NCBI GenBank assembly: GCA_029571225.1
Contig: JAKPTF010000035.1
Coordinates: 81,925-145,924, forward strand
Direction of reading: 5' to 3'
DNA length: 64,000 bases
DNA from: Candidatus Omnitrophota bacterium
GTDB taxonomy: Bacteria; Omnitrophota; Gorgyraeia; Gygaellales; Profunditerraquicolaceae
Below the pieces are notes generated by a model, which made no database searches, was not told the origin of the DNA, and was given only the letters and a program-made list of their open reading frames with translations. The translations under genes and the position numbers were made by a program. Position 1 is the first letter of the stretch; each line of letters begins with the position of its first letter. Of this stretch, positions 13,301 through 28,300 are shown in pieces.

Positions 13301-16300
13301 CGCCCATAACCGGGAACCGATGAACAGAGCGCCGTTCGCATTCAAGGCATCCTTGCGAATGAGTGCCGTGCGGCCCTGCGTATATCCCTCGAATCTTTTC
13401 TTATTAAGTGCCAGATTATATACCCCGATCAATTTGCCGCTGTCCATATCCCATATCTGCTTGTATGGCTCGACGATTCCCGTTCGGTCGCTCCAGACCC
13501 TGATAATATGCTTCATGCCGTTTAGTTCTTCGTAATAATCGATACGAACCTCATCGCCCGGGTGGCCATAAGTAAAATAATAATTACGATCGGTCTTATC
13601 TTTATAGATGAAATTATTTTTTGAGATCGTCCTTGTCATTGTCCGTTTATGATAACAGCACGAATGGAAGCCGAAACGGTAGCCAAAGAAGGCATTAGCA
13701 CATTGATCGTCGATAAAGAGGACTTCGGATGCAGCGCTCTGAGAGCTGCGCAACACATATGTAAATGCCCGTCGGTCCGGTTTGGCCAGCTTTATCTCGT
13801 GAGACAGGAATATATTCTCTTTCTTTATCTGCGGGTAATGAGCGACGATCTTGTTTTTGATCTCTGCTGCCAGATGATTATCCGCGCTCACAAAGTAATT
13901 CGATAAGACATAGATCGGTATCCCGCGCTCGTGCATATCTTTCACAAATTCCTGTATCTGAGAAATGGGCTGATAGTCCAGCGAAAGCATACCGGCGACA
14001 TCAGGTACGGTAAACGGCGCAAGGCCGGGAGCTATAAATCTGAGCGCATTGTTCAACCATACGTTGTATTCTTCTATCGGCAGACTTCTCCGCATGGCTT
14101 TAGCGCGTTTTCCGGTGAATATCAATTTTTCAAGTTCTTCAAGCGGGATATTCATACCCGATCTTTCCTTGATCGTTCTCTGGAAGCGTTTGAGCACCGC
14201 GTCGGCCGGGTTATCGAACAGGACGCCCGCGATATCAAGAACGACCGCGCGGATGTTCTCAAGATCGATCTCCCTCGCAAGATCTTCAGTATCACCTATG
14301 ACGAGCGTACCGCCGTCGCGCTGTTGGCACCCGTTCGTTTTATTCCTCGCAAACGCAGCCAGGACCTCCTTGTCCCAGTGCCGGATCCTGCCTGCAGCGC
14401 ATAAGAGCTCATAATCAGCGACAAGCTGCGGATGGCGCTGGCTGAACGCGCCTTTATTGCGTGCCTGTATCTGGGTAAGGCCCGGTGTGCTTTTCACAAC
14501 CTGATCAAGCTTTTGCCTGAAAGTTTGCGGCGAAATCTCGGCAACAAGCGGGTCCTCGGAAACCCGCTCCTTGATATACGCGCGTAACAACGCGCCCATT
14601 TTGTACCGTCTGCTGACTGTTGTGATGAACGCGGAACCGTTATTGACCTTTTTCACTGCGTGCGCAACAAAATAATTGACTTCCGGCCTTATATATAGCT
14701 CCGCCTTTACGCTTATTCCCATAAGATCCTTCGGCAAAAACGTGTCGGGGAAATGATATGCGGCAACCGCCAGTACATATTGTTCCGCGTCGCTCAAACT
14801 TGCCCACGTGTCATCGAGTGCCCCTCCGTCGAGTTGGCCCCTGCCATTGATAAAACCGACGGAAAAATCCCAGTATTGTTCTCCGGGCCCCAGAAACTGT
14901 TTCACCATACGGCCATCCCAATCTTCGATTGGCGTTACGTACAGCTCATCCATAAACACGCTGCGTTGGGCTGACGCAACCGCGAACATCCTGGCAAAAT
15001 GAGCCTGCCACGGGCTGGTCCTGACCGTATCGAGGATTTTTTGGGCAAGCCGCCGGTCGCCGCAGAGGTACCTGCATTTCATAAATTTGCTCATGGCTAT
15101 CGCGTCTGAATCGTCGATCGCTTTTGCTGACGCCAGCACCGCCTCCCGGCAGAACAGCTCATAATCAAGCGCTTCGTGCCAGATGACGGCGAGGTGGCCG
15201 GCAATCCGATCAAGATCGCGCGTAAGAACACTCTCCGATCCTTTCCAAAGGGCTCCGGTCACGACCAAAACATCGAGATCAGAGCCCTTCATCAGTTCGC
15301 CGCTCACTGCATCTTCGCGCTTGTGCTCATTGGCAAGATGCAAACCGACATCGCCGTTAATGAAAAATACCAGCCCCCGCCGGCCATACCCATTTTTTAT
15401 CAGCTTCTCCATCGCCGCCCTGGCTAAATTCATTTTATTCGCGCTGATCTTTGTTATATTCTCTCTCAGGTTCAACACATACGCGTCTGCCCGGCGATCA
15501 CCGGAACGCGCCACGATCTCGTAATCGAGGAAGCTGCGCAGGGGCGCAGGCGACAAGACCGCCTGCGTATGGTTTCGTGTTGAGATTCGGATATAGTGTT
15601 CTGCGGCGCAATGGGTCGCAATGGATTTCGATGTGTTGCATATCTGGAAAAGGCGCGCCGCACCATGCAGGGTTTGTATCCCCAGCATCCTGGCCAGATC
15701 ATATCCGGTGCTTGGAGCAGCCAACTGACGAATAACCTTGCGCTCATCGAGCGCGCCGCCGTCCTTCTGCCTTCTACCGGAATCCCTGCGCATTATCCTG
15801 TCCATGCCCTCCCCGAACAGCCTCTCAAGGCCCATATCCGAGAATATCTTCTGCGGGATAACGGTATGAAACTCCCCGTCACTCAAGAACCCGGTAACAA
15901 GATCCCGGGTAAAATAACGGTTCCGGTCGTGCACCCTGGCCCACTGATATTTGTGGATGAGCAGCGCGTATTCCCTTTCGGAGCGCTTATGAATGATGCC
16001 CCACTGCCGGTAGCGTGAGCGCTCTTTGATCTGGTCGAACAGCCGCGTCAGGCCAAACATATTTTCGTTGCTGTATTGCCGGCGCACATACAAAAGCGTC
16101 ATGATCTTTTGCATATCGATCCTGCCTCTGGGATCCAGCGGCAGAGGATCGGCCTTCAGGCTGCCGCCTCTTCCCGAACGGACGAATTCCCACTGCGGCA
16201 GGTCATTGAACGTAAGCGCATTGCCGCGGCCAAACCGCTCGTTGTCCCAGTGGATGATGACCAGATATTTATATGCAATGCCTTTGGTCCGGGCGGTATT

Positions 16301-19300
16301 GTCATAATACCGGCGGTAGATTCTGACCAGTTCGCGCCTCACCCGGTCCCGTTCGCTTTCCGGCACCGGCGACACCCTGATATGGATGACCCGTTTATAC
16401 GCCAGCCATTCCGGCGCGTCGATATAATAGCGGGTCAAGACCGCGGACAAGGAAGGACGGTTATACGATACCTTGATTTTATTGGTGTGTATCTCGATGA
16501 TACGCATGCGCCGCTTTTCGGCCGGTATGACAGATGTGCGATTGAGATCGGCCGGGGATGAGGCGGAATCTTCCGCCACGGTAGATTTGACCGCCTCATT
16601 ATCCCCCGGCCTGAACTCATTCAAGGTCGATTGCCTGCCGCCGTCAGCTTGCTTTCCGGCGAGATCCCTGGCCTCTCTCAAATAATCATTAAAAAGTTGT
16701 GTCGAGATACTCTCATCCAGCTTTTGGAACGGGTCTTCGCTTGCAAGAGCATGATCGACCTTTTTCATAAAATGATCATAAGAATCGCGCAGGTCGGCTG
16801 CAGCATCAACGGACACAGAGGAAACCGCATCGTGAACAACAGCGCCGATGGCGCGCCAGGTTCCCTGCCTGAAAAATTGTCCGTATTGTTCCGCGGGCAT
16901 GCTTTGTTCATACAGACCACGCACTGTATCGTGGTCATAGCCTTTTTCTTTCCTCAAAACAAGATAGTACGCTCCGTCTTCATATCTGGCGAATTCCGAT
17001 GCGATAACGAACCCCGCTGCCTGCGCGAGCGCGTGGAAAGGCGCGAAACGGTATACCGCAAGCTGCGGCTTCAGCTCTGGAAATTTCTCAAGCAGCCACC
17101 GGCTTTCATAATCGTCGCCATAATGCCGCAGTAATGTTGTAAGTGAATAAGGTTTTATATCGGATATTTCTATGATCAGTTTTCCCTTGGCATTCAACAA
17201 TATCTGCGCTGATCGCAGCAGTTCAAGCGGATGCATATGATGGAGGGCACACGCAACGACAATATTGTCGAATGTCGTGCAGGCGCGGCTTAACTGACGG
17301 ATCAGTTCGAGATCGTTAAAATCACCGTGCAGGAAAGTCAGCCGATGCTCTGCTTGCTTGAGCTCTGTTTCGGAATACAATCTCCTGCCGTCCAGCCAGA
17401 CCATATCCGGATAGGGAAAATGCCGGTATGGTTCGAATATAAGGAATTTGAAACGATATTTTGGGGACTGCCAGGGGTATTTCCCGTTATGTCGCGCAAA
17501 AATCTTGTGTCGTGATGAAAAATCGCCCGATGGATAGGAACAATTCCAGCGGTGCTCTTTTGCCGTTTTGATCTGATCCTCCGAAAGATCCAATCCGACA
17601 ACTCGATGGCCCTCAACCGCCATGAGAACAGCTAAATGGCCTGCGCCGCAGCCCACATCAAGCACAGACCCGGGGTCCAGCAGATCAGGTATGGCATTGA
17701 TATCAAATAACGGATTGGATACCGCTATAGTAGGCCACATCCGGCTTTTTCCCCGGAATTGCCAGGCATCTTCCACTTCCTGCGATGAAATCTCGGCGGT
17801 CTGCCATGAAGGTTGGGACAATGTGCTGGATTCTGCGCGAACCGTGAACAGCCGTGATAACAAACCGCCGTCTAAGCTGTCTTCCCTGATATACTCAACC
17901 GTCACCGGCTGCAATTGCGAATTGTCTGCCGGTGGCGCCCAGGATTGTTTGACCATGCCCGCCCCTGCGTTGACCATGGTTTGCGTATATCCCGCCTCCG
18001 AAAGCAACGCAGAAATATAGATGCTGTTATCGCGCCGCACCGCGCGCTCTTCCATGGAAAACGCCGGCCTGGACATATTGTTATACACCTGTCCATCAAC
18101 GGTGACCACGGTCCAGGAGCCGTCATCGTTCCAGAACGCCTTTGCGACGAGATTATTATTCGACAGTTTGTCGCCGGGGACCCAGCCCGCCACAGGATCG
18201 AGATTCGACTTCATGGCGCGTATCTGATAATGGCGGCTCATGGCGTCGGAAGGATTCTCGTCCACATAGATATTGTCGCCTCTCTTTTCCTGAATAATGG
18301 GCAGCAGCTCTGCGGCAAGCTCAACCGCCTGATTGGGATAGAGGACGTGAATGTCGCCGGTCTCCTGAGTCTGCGTATATTCCGCAACGGCGGGACGGCC
18401 AAGTTCGCGCTCCCGTGACCGGAGAAGTCCAGGCATGATGTTCGCAAAGAGAACAGCGCTGTTCTGATCCTGGTTCGTCGGCTCATTAAACATGACCGAG
18501 TCCTCCTCGGATGCGGTATCACGATAGGATTCGTACACGCCCGGTTTATAGGGATCGTCGGCGTTGACGCAGGGGCCGCCGACGATACGGCCGGACATGC
18601 GCTCACGGGGAATATATCCGCTCTGGAACAGCAAGTCGGATGGATTGCGCGGCGCGCGGTCGCCATGACCCATAACAAACGACATGGCAAACGCATTCCT
18701 GCGCTCTACCACACTCTCCCAGAGATCGTACGCGGCATTCAGGTAGCGCGGGGTATAACCGGACAGCCCCTGTTGGCGATAGCTGATCTCATCGATCACC
18801 AACAGCGTGCGCACGCGGTCCATTTTATTGCGGTTCGCCCCCCACGCCCAGTCATCAGTCCTGTCGTTGAGCGCGCCGACGCCATACGGATGCACGCGTG
18901 CCATGGCCATGACTTCTTCGCCATACGCAAGAAGGCGTTCCTGCGACTGAACGCGCTCGTTCTGTAATCCGTATTCATAGACCGCATCGTCGGGATACAG
19001 CGCAAGATCGGACAACACAATATTCTGATGCCATTCTGCTTCGAAGATATGCCGCGGCTGGATGGCGTCGATATGGGCTTTAAGATAACCGACCAATGAT
19101 TCAGTCGTGATATACTCTAACCCTGCCTCCGATGATGCGCGCTCGAATATCTCCGGGTAATCGTGCGCGAATAACAGCATCTTTTCGGCTGCCATAACGC
19201 GTTCATCAAGATCGTATAGTTCCCGCGCCGGGCCTTTCTGGAAGACAGCCGGCTGTGGATGGCTCAGGAGGAAACCCCATGCGCGCAGGCTGGCGCTGCA

Positions 19301-22300
19301 GGCGTCGACAGCTTGCATATTGTCCCCCCGTTGCGCCGCAATGCCTGCGGCGACCGACATCGCGCCTGCGTATTGCGCCGTCACGAGCGTCGAGTAGTTA
19401 TTATCCGACGGCTCCACGATATACCTGTCATGTTCCGAGAACTTATAGTTTATGTCGGTATAATAATCTCTATCGCGCTCGTCCTGATATACCGAGCCTG
19501 CGAACGGGCCGGACTCGACCTGCATCGCCAGCATCCACGGGGTCTGATCTTTGAGTACTGACCTTAATTGTTCGGCGTACCGTAGCGCAAACGGACTATC
19601 TTGATGTAGAAACAGCCCCCAAACGTTATACGTTTCCGCCAGATAATCCGTTGTTGCGAGCTGGCTGCCCTCGGGGATCATGGTCGCAGGCATCGTGTCT
19701 GTCAGCCGGATAATCGTTCCGTTGGCGTCTATTACCTTGAGCTGCCGCGGTATATCGGTGATATATTTGCTGCTACGATACTCGTACGCCTCGGTCATAT
19801 CGAGCGCAAGCGCGCTGAACGGATCATCGACGACCTGGAACGAATTCGACTTAAAGAGTTCGCCCGAAACAGTCTCGATCACGATATAGTACGTCCCCGG
19901 CCTGTCGATCTGGGGACTAATGCGATAGACAAGCTCCGACGTCATAAGGTCCTTGCTCGCTTCGGACACTATTCCGTACACCTCGGATCCCATATCAGCG
20001 GTCACAAAGACCGTGCCGCGCGAATCCAGGATATAATACCGGGCGTTATCCAGCGTTCCGTCGATTGTGGGCAGCCCTGATTCCTTTGTGGGAAACGAGA
20101 CATATATCTCCTGGTCCAGTAATCCGCCGGCAGAGATAGACGTCACCGGGGTTTTGATCAAAGGTGAAGCCAGACCGTAGTAGAACTGGCCGTTTTCAGC
20201 CATAAGACCACGCATTTTCTGCAACGTTGCCGGATGCACCCATCCTTCGGGAGCTTCGCGGGTAGTCAAGCCGCCTGAAGCCGTTTGCCCGGAGGATTCT
20301 CTGTTGAACAGACGAGTAGCGGACTCGTACGGGATCAATACGCCGTGATTGCCCTGGATGCCGTTGAAATCGGAATTAAACCGCTGTTCTTCAAGCGCTT
20401 CTGCCTGCTTTGCCAACAGTTCATCGTATGTCGTGACGCCAAGCCGCCCTTCGTAAAGGTGGACATGTTCAACAAGCTTGCGGAACGCGTCAAGCTGGTA
20501 CTCATATGAATCCTGGGCCGGGCCCGTGGACAGCTTATGGAACATGAAGGTAATCGTCGCATTGTTCCAGAGGGCGCGGTCGACCACTTGCTCGTCGAAC
20601 GCCAGCCTGTCATAATCGGTGCTGTTGACCGATGCCGGCACCCGCATATAGAAGTGATAACGATCGAACGGGAAGCGCCCGTTGATTCCATCGTAATCCT
20701 CTTTGATCTGATGAGAATAAAAATGACGGTAAATATAACGCAAGGTATTCTGGTCATAGAGACACTCCGGAGAGCAGTACGAGCTGGCCGGGAAGCCGAG
20801 CATGCGCAGGGTGTTGCCTTTGCCGACGATCTCGTCGAACATCCGACGGTCGGTTTCGGCCGTTACATTTTCCGATGCGGAATGCGCTCCGATCTGATTG
20901 CCTTGCGCAGCAAGCGCCTGGACATTCTGAAGTGTCATATACTCATTATCGACATGCATCGGGTTGCCTGTCCGCTCGTCCCACATGGTTTCGGGTATGA
21001 TGTTGTACACCGCGGGGTATCCATACCTATGCAGGATATCCGCCGCCGCGAACTGGCTTTTCCATCCGTCGTCAAATCTGAATATGACATGCGGCTGCCG
21101 CAGCCAATTCAAGGCCTCGGAATCAACGACGCGCGATACCCGGATGCCATCGCAATAGGCCTCGAGCCGTCCGTCGGCTTCTTGCGCCTCGATGGCAATC
21201 GCAATGGCTTTTACGTCCTTGCCTGAGGGCGTATAGATAAAGGTATCCGAGGTAATGCCGGGCGCTGCTGACTCTTTCGTGGACGCCCGCTGGATCAAGA
21301 AAGCCCGGCTGCCTTTCATGGAGTATTCATCAACGCAGATTTTAACGGATCCTTTCTCCATCTGGCGGACATCGACCATATATTCGACCACATACGTCTG
21401 GGACGGATCGACCCGGACAAGGTCAGAATGCGCGATACCCGGCGCGCTTATTTTTAATGATGCGCCGGGGGACGGATACACGCCGTTATCATTGAGGTCG
21501 ACATCCCACCCTGTTTGCGGGACTGCCCACCCTTCAACCTTTGCGTACGGCCGGGGCACAAAAAGCTGGAATCCGGCTAAGCCCTCGATCTGTTCCAGAA
21601 GTATGGACCCGGCTCCTTCAACGCCGTTTGCCCCGAAACCGAGTTCTTCGACGACACGAACGCTTTCGCCGGCGACAGGGACCCCGGCCGTAATGCCCAG
21701 GGCCATCATCATTTCAGGGCCGACGAGGACCATTGAGATCGTATCGCTTGCGAGCGTGACAGCCGTCAATCGCGAGGCTTTCCGAGCCGGCGAGCGGACG
21801 GACCTGTCCGCAAATTGCGCCTGCCATATCTTGATTACCACAGGCAGGTCAAGAAACGCCACGACAATCATGCTGTTGAGCAGCAATTCCGGGGTGACCA
21901 CGAACATGCCTGCTACCGGCAATACAATGCTCGACAATGGGGTGTTCAGCCATACAGGATCAAGGAAGAAATACAGGATGGCAGGCCCGATCCTCATACC
22001 GAGGATCGCCAGGAACAGGCGCTGGCTCAGGAATGAAACAGCGCCTCGCGTCAGGGCGATCGCGCCGGTCATCAGCGCAAGCGCGGCGCCTCCTGTCGTG
22101 CCCCTGGACGCGCGCGTCCGGTCTGCATACCGGACGATCACTCCGTCCATAATATTGAAAAACGGCTGTAACGTCGCGGCCCTGGACAGGATGCGTAAAA
22201 TTTTCCCTTTGGCATGGGGCATGTATGCCGCGTCAATTTCTTCGCGCGTCTCCATGATGAATTGCCGAAGCAGGGGCTCCGGGACCCGATTCGCGTATCC

Positions 22301-25300
22301 GTGAAACGCAAGGCCCGCAGGGACAAGGAAATGGCGCAGGAAGAAACGATACAGGATCATGAGGGTAAGGATATCCCATATCCAGGTCCCGATCATCAGA
22401 AGACCCTTTGCCAGAGGATTATTGGCCGACGCCCGTTTTGCGCTTAACGGAGAGAAAAAGCCGATCTGCCGGGAAGCGTTATATTCGTTGATCTTCTGAG
22501 AAACTCCGCGTAAGAGCTTCCTGCGATAGATAATATCCTTGACATCAGGAGCTATTCTATCTATGTCCTCGGCAAGGCTCGATCCTGCGGGCTGCTTTGC
22601 CATGGAGAACCGGTAATATGCGGCCAGGATGCCCAGGGTAAAAACGGTCACGCCTGCTATGCCGACGGCATATTCTGCGAAAAAGGCCGATGCCCCGGTG
22701 GCAGCTGGCGCAAAGATGCCCCATCCCGCGCCTGAAACGGCCGCTGAGAGAATGCCCATAGCCGGAGTATAAAGAATACAGGCTGATATGAACGGAGCCG
22801 CCCAGATCCCGAAAGCCAGCACGCAGGTAAACGCGGCGAATGTAGCAGGGTTTCCGATATACCGCCGCAGCGAATTTTCCGGCGGGACGGAATCAACAGT
22901 GGCTTTAGGGCATTTTATCCGTCCGAGCAGGAACTCTATCGTCGCGATCGGCGACGTGATCACATCCAGGAAGAAAGTCAGAATGCCCTGCGGAACCATG
23001 TAAAGGAATGCTTCGTCCCGGTATTCTTTTTTGAACTCGGGGTTCATGACCATAAGAAATCCCTGGGATACAATCGAATATGCGACAGCAATGATCGTCG
23101 TCATGATGGGATTCAGGAAAAACGGTATGAGGAACCCGAAAAAGGTTACATATCTTGTCATTTCGACCAGGCTGTAGATCCCGAGGGCGCTCCCCTTCTT
23201 GATTTCTTGCCAGTAGAAACCGCGATACCGCATATATGTCTTTAAGGCCCCGCGCCTCCACCGGATACGCTGCGAGAACAAGCGCCGTAATGTCGAAGGG
23301 ACGATCGTCTTGATTTCCAGGTCGTCGTTGAAATATCCGACGCGATAACCGTGCTGCTGCAGAAGAACGGTAACCTCCATATCGTCTCCGTCATGATCAA
23401 GCGAATGGTTGCCTAACGCGCGCATCAGGGGAGCGGTATTGAACACGCCCCCTGCCCCTGGGATGCACCGCATATTGCCGTGCCTGCAGAAAATGGTATG
23501 AAGCATGCGGTCGGATATATACTCGTAATACTGCACCTGCTGCAACATCCCTGATCCCCGGTCCAGGTACGGGACATCTTTTAACCCGACAGCCTGCCAG
23601 TCATTCCGATCCATCAATATGAAGATATCCCGTAATTTGTTCTTGATGGTCAGAGCTGATCCGTCCCGCGTCCACAAGAATGAATCCCCGTCGATCAAGA
23701 TGACCCGGCGCGGCAGTTTATGGTTCTCGGAAAGTGAATCAAGCGCTGCCTTGATCTGGCCGATCTTTTTTCGGTTACGAGTGCCGAAAAATGCATTGAT
23801 GCCGCGCGTTTCCGACAGCTCGCGGAGTATATCTGCAGTGGCATCGGTCGAGCCGTCATCGATAAAAAGGCATTGTCCTAGATACCCATATTCACGGGCC
23901 AGTTCGACGATGTGCCGAATGTTTTTGGCTTCGTTATACAAAGGCAGGAATATCAGGTAATCCTGATCCGGTTCAACGTCATTTTTCCATGTTCCCATTG
24001 CCTCCTTCGCTGCCGGACCGACGGCCTTTTCTTTCCGCGCCTCCCTGGCGGATATCAAGGTGACAATGGCAAATGAAATAATCACAAGCACGCTTCCCCA
24101 GTGCTCCAGCAGGAATGAACCGCCCGTTACGGCAGCGGTGGTCAGATCGCCCCACAAAACCGACGTTGGATCGAACAAAGCGCTCTGGAGCCCAGCGCTG
24201 TTGTTAACGGACTGGGCGTGATATTGCAGGAAACTCAGGATATTAGCACGCAAATGGGCAAATGGCACATCGAGCATAAGATACGTCCCGTATATAAGCG
24301 GCATAAGCATTGCTGCGCCTTGTGCGAGGGCCAGGCCTCTCGACAATGGCGTTTTTTCCACGCTCACCGGTTTTTCCCAATCAATGTCAATCGCCCGTTC
24401 AGCCAGGACTTCCGCTGTTACGGCACCGCTCGGCTTCTGGTACCCGTTGGGCAGCTTATTGACCATGCCCCGGGTCCCCCAGTTATTGTCCGCCATGGTT
24501 GCCAATGCAATGAAGCTCAAATGATCGAACAGGAGCATGGAGAAATAGAACTGGCCGATGCCGAAATAAAAGTTCGTACGCCTGTTTTCGTAATAATAAA
24601 ACAGCGACAATACGGCAGCCATCATCGTGCTGCAGACGATATAGGTCCAGGCCGGGATTCCCAGGATCAACCAGTTAATGCCGATGAGGATAATGACAAG
24701 GGGGCTAAAAAAGAACGTGCTTGACATGGCGATAAGAGAGATTCCGACGGCAAAGGGATGCGCCGGCCAGTTAGACGGCGTCAACAGAAGACGGGCCGTT
24801 TCATAGAAATGCGACCGTTTCCAGCGGAGCTGCTGCTTGAAGAACTGCCTGAAGTTCTCGGGGACTGCCGTGCGGGCTACGGCGCGCGGATGATAATAAA
24901 TCTTATAACCGCGGGCAAGGATGATGTTGGTCAAATGGCGATCCTCCCCGACAGTGCAGAACTTTTCGCTCAGGAACTCATCAAGCGTCGCAAGGACAAG
25001 GTCGCGCCGGGTCGCGGTGAATACGCCGGGGCAGCATGTAACGTCGCCGAACGCGCTCTCAGCCGCTTTGACGATGCGGAACATGAAGAAATACCATGTC
25101 GCCTGAAAACGCGTGAGCATATTGACGTCGTGGTTGACGACATCGCAATGGCCGCACGCGGCGCCGACCCTCTCATCCTTGAAGAACTGGACAAGGCGCC
25201 TGAACGATCCCTTGTCGACGATCGTATCGGAATCGAGCGAAATGATGATATCGCTGTGTTCGCTGGTGCGACGCACGCCTGTTGCCATTGCCTCCTGCTT

Positions 25301-28300
25301 GCCTTTATTGACTTCATGATGCAGGACCGTAATCTCAAAACCGTACCTGTCGCGGGCATATGCCTTGATATATTCAAGCACGGTCCCTGAATTATCCTGG
25401 CAGCCGTCGTTGACCGCGATCAGTTCCATCCTGTCAAGGGGGTATCCGTTCTCAATGCAGCTGATGATGGTTTTGGCGACGTCGCGCTCTTCGTTATATA
25501 CCGGCAGGACAACGGAAATGAACGGCAGATGATCGTCCGTTCTGGGCAGGACCAGTTTATTGAATCCGGCGCACAAGAAAACTATCGACCAAACGCTTGA
25601 TACCAGAGCGATAAAACCGAATACCGACGAAACAAGCATGATCGTTGCGAACGCGCCGATGAACAGGGAAACCGACAGCGCAAGGCAGAAAGGCTTGATA
25701 AGCCTGATGTTGGGAGTTCCGTCTTCGCCCATGAAACGCGCGGTGATCAGGAAACGGCGGATATATTTTCCCCCGTCCTTGCCCGGAGCGGCGAGGACGG
25801 CGTCGGCGAATGCGTGAGCGCTCGCATAGATGTCGGAGCGCTCGTTGATGCCGCGATACGCGGCCATGAATGCGGTGACGAGCAGCGCACGGCGAAGGCC
25901 TGTGCCGTTAAGCACGATAATAGTATCTTTAAGGCCGGCGGTGAATACGGTAACTGCGGGGATCAATTGACTGGCCAGGTGGGATATCTCGTCGCGCAGC
26001 TGCGGCGGCGCCCGCGCTACCTGCAGGCTGGCGAGTATGTCGGCAATCTCATGATATCCCCTGCTGCGCAACCGGTCAATGACGATCGTTTTCTCATCAA
26101 GGTAATACGTGCTGTAGTACATCGGGTCCATGCGTCCCGCATACGCGTTCACGATGTCCGTCAATTCCCGCTCTTCGTTTTCCGTCAACGGACGGTCGGC
26201 TGCGGCCGGGATGAATGCTGCGCCGTCAAGGTCAAACATGCCCTTGAGAACAACGGCGAGCTCTTCCGGATCATTGACCAGAATAAGCTTTTCTTTCAGC
26301 GCCGCAGGGATCACATCGAAGTTCCTGACGAACGCGCCAGTCGCGCCTTCGAACACAAGTTCGAGCATGTCGAGGTCATTTTCGCTGTCGCCTGCGACGA
26401 ATATACGCTCTGCCGGGATGCCGCTGCGCGCGGCAAGGTCCTTAAGCGCCCTGCCCTTTGCGGTCAGGCCTATATCGATGGCGACGTTATTGTTATTGAA
26501 AACATAGATTCCGTCTTCGCTCAATCGCTGTTCAAGATATTGAACGACCTGCGGCGCGTACTGCCTGTACTCCGGTTCATTGAACTTCAGGGTGCGCGAT
26601 GAACGCTTGCGGTCGTTTAAGACTATTTTGCCCGGCGTGCCTTCCATGACGAGGTCATCGATGAGGCCAAGTTCAGTCAGCTTTTCCTTCACGGCGCTCA
26701 ATATCTTTGCCTGCAACGCTTCGGACAACTCCAGGGAATATTCGATATCCCGCACGAATTCGCACTGTTCTGTGCAATAACCTATATGGCCGCCGAGCTC
26801 GCCCAGGAATATGAGACGCCGAGGATCTCTTATCCCGGAGAGAATGCCGGTTTTTGCGCTCAATTCATCATAGACGAATTTCGGACCCCTGCCTGAAACA
26901 ATAGCGCCTAAAGCGCCTTTGTTAAGAGCCTCTATGATTGCGCCCTGCAACGCAGGAGGCACTTGCTTGAAATAAACGCTATCAGGATCCAAATCCGTCA
27001 ATGTACCGTCGTAGTCGAACGCAATAAGCCACTGCGAGACATCTTTTTTGATACCCCCGTCTTTAATAAAGTCTTTCGGAAGTAGGAAACATTTCAGGCC
27101 TGAAGCAGGAACATTCTGCGGGCTCGTTTTCTGGCTTATTGAAGGAATAATATATATTACTATTGCCGTCTCGTCCACAAAAAGGCCAGATCCATTCTTT
27201 TCACTGAGCTCAAACGCATTGACCGTGGACAATCGGGAACTGAAATAGTGTCGTGTGACCGTAAGCCTTAATTGCAACACTGCGCCGAAGATATTCTTGA
27301 GCACCCTGATTGATATAGAGCCGATGCCGCCGTCTTTCAGGGTGAACGTGCGTTTTGCGCCTTCTTTCTTTGTGCGCTGCCGCTGCGCTTCGGCTGTCGT
27401 ATTGGTAAGCCGCACGCCGTTGGCATCATCAACAGGAAGTTTGGCATCCTTGAGTATGCCTTTCCTGCGCGCGCGATCGACCGCGTCTTCACCGCCGTCT
27501 TTGTACACGGCGACCTTTTTGATCATGGGACAGATATCGATATTCTTAATGTCCTTGGCCACGATTTGAGCGCCTGCTGCACGCAGTTCGTCTTCATTGC
27601 CGAGACGCGCAAGGCCCAGGCCGAAGAACCCGCCTGCGCGCGCCGCCTCCATGTCAGCGACGGCGTCGCCTATAACAAGGGTCTTTGCAGGGAACACACC
27701 CAACTTCTTCGCTGCCAGGAGGAACATATCCGGATGCGGCTTGCCGTGGGTCACATCCTTTGAGGTAACGACAGCTGTAAAATAACCGATCAGGCCGACG
27801 TCCGTCAGAAGCTTGACCGAAACATCGGAGCCGGAGCCCACGGCAAGCGGGACCCCGGAAGCATGCAACCGCTGAATGAGGCGTATAGTGGATTCAAATT
27901 TCTTGATCCCGTCATGCGCCAAAAATTCGAGATAATACTTATGCACGGCCGCATGGCAACGGTCTATTTCATCGCTGCGCAGATCCGGGAACCATTTCTT
28001 TAACGATTCGCGGCCTTTGCGCCCGTTCAGATTATGATCGTAGAATTCAAGATCAACCTCAGGGCCGCCATTTTCTTTGAAAACCCGGTTCCATGCAATC
28101 ACCCAGACGGGCGTCGTATCGAATATGACGCCGTCCACCTCGAATATCACGGCCTCGAATATCCCCACGAGGGCGCCGCCGTCGAGCGCGGCAAAATCGA
28201 GCGGACCCTCGAGTTTCCTGAGTTTGCCCGCCTGCCCCATCGCTTCGCGCATGATATCGCGCGCGTCAATATGGCCCAGGGCTCCGTGAAGCGCGTCGTC

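Noticed and set aside
21255-22304. Plus-strand ORF of 349 aa
   Set aside because: It is antisense to the polytopic membrane block and CBM-like module, and its S/P/R/T-rich, low-complexity product is typical of an antisense frame.
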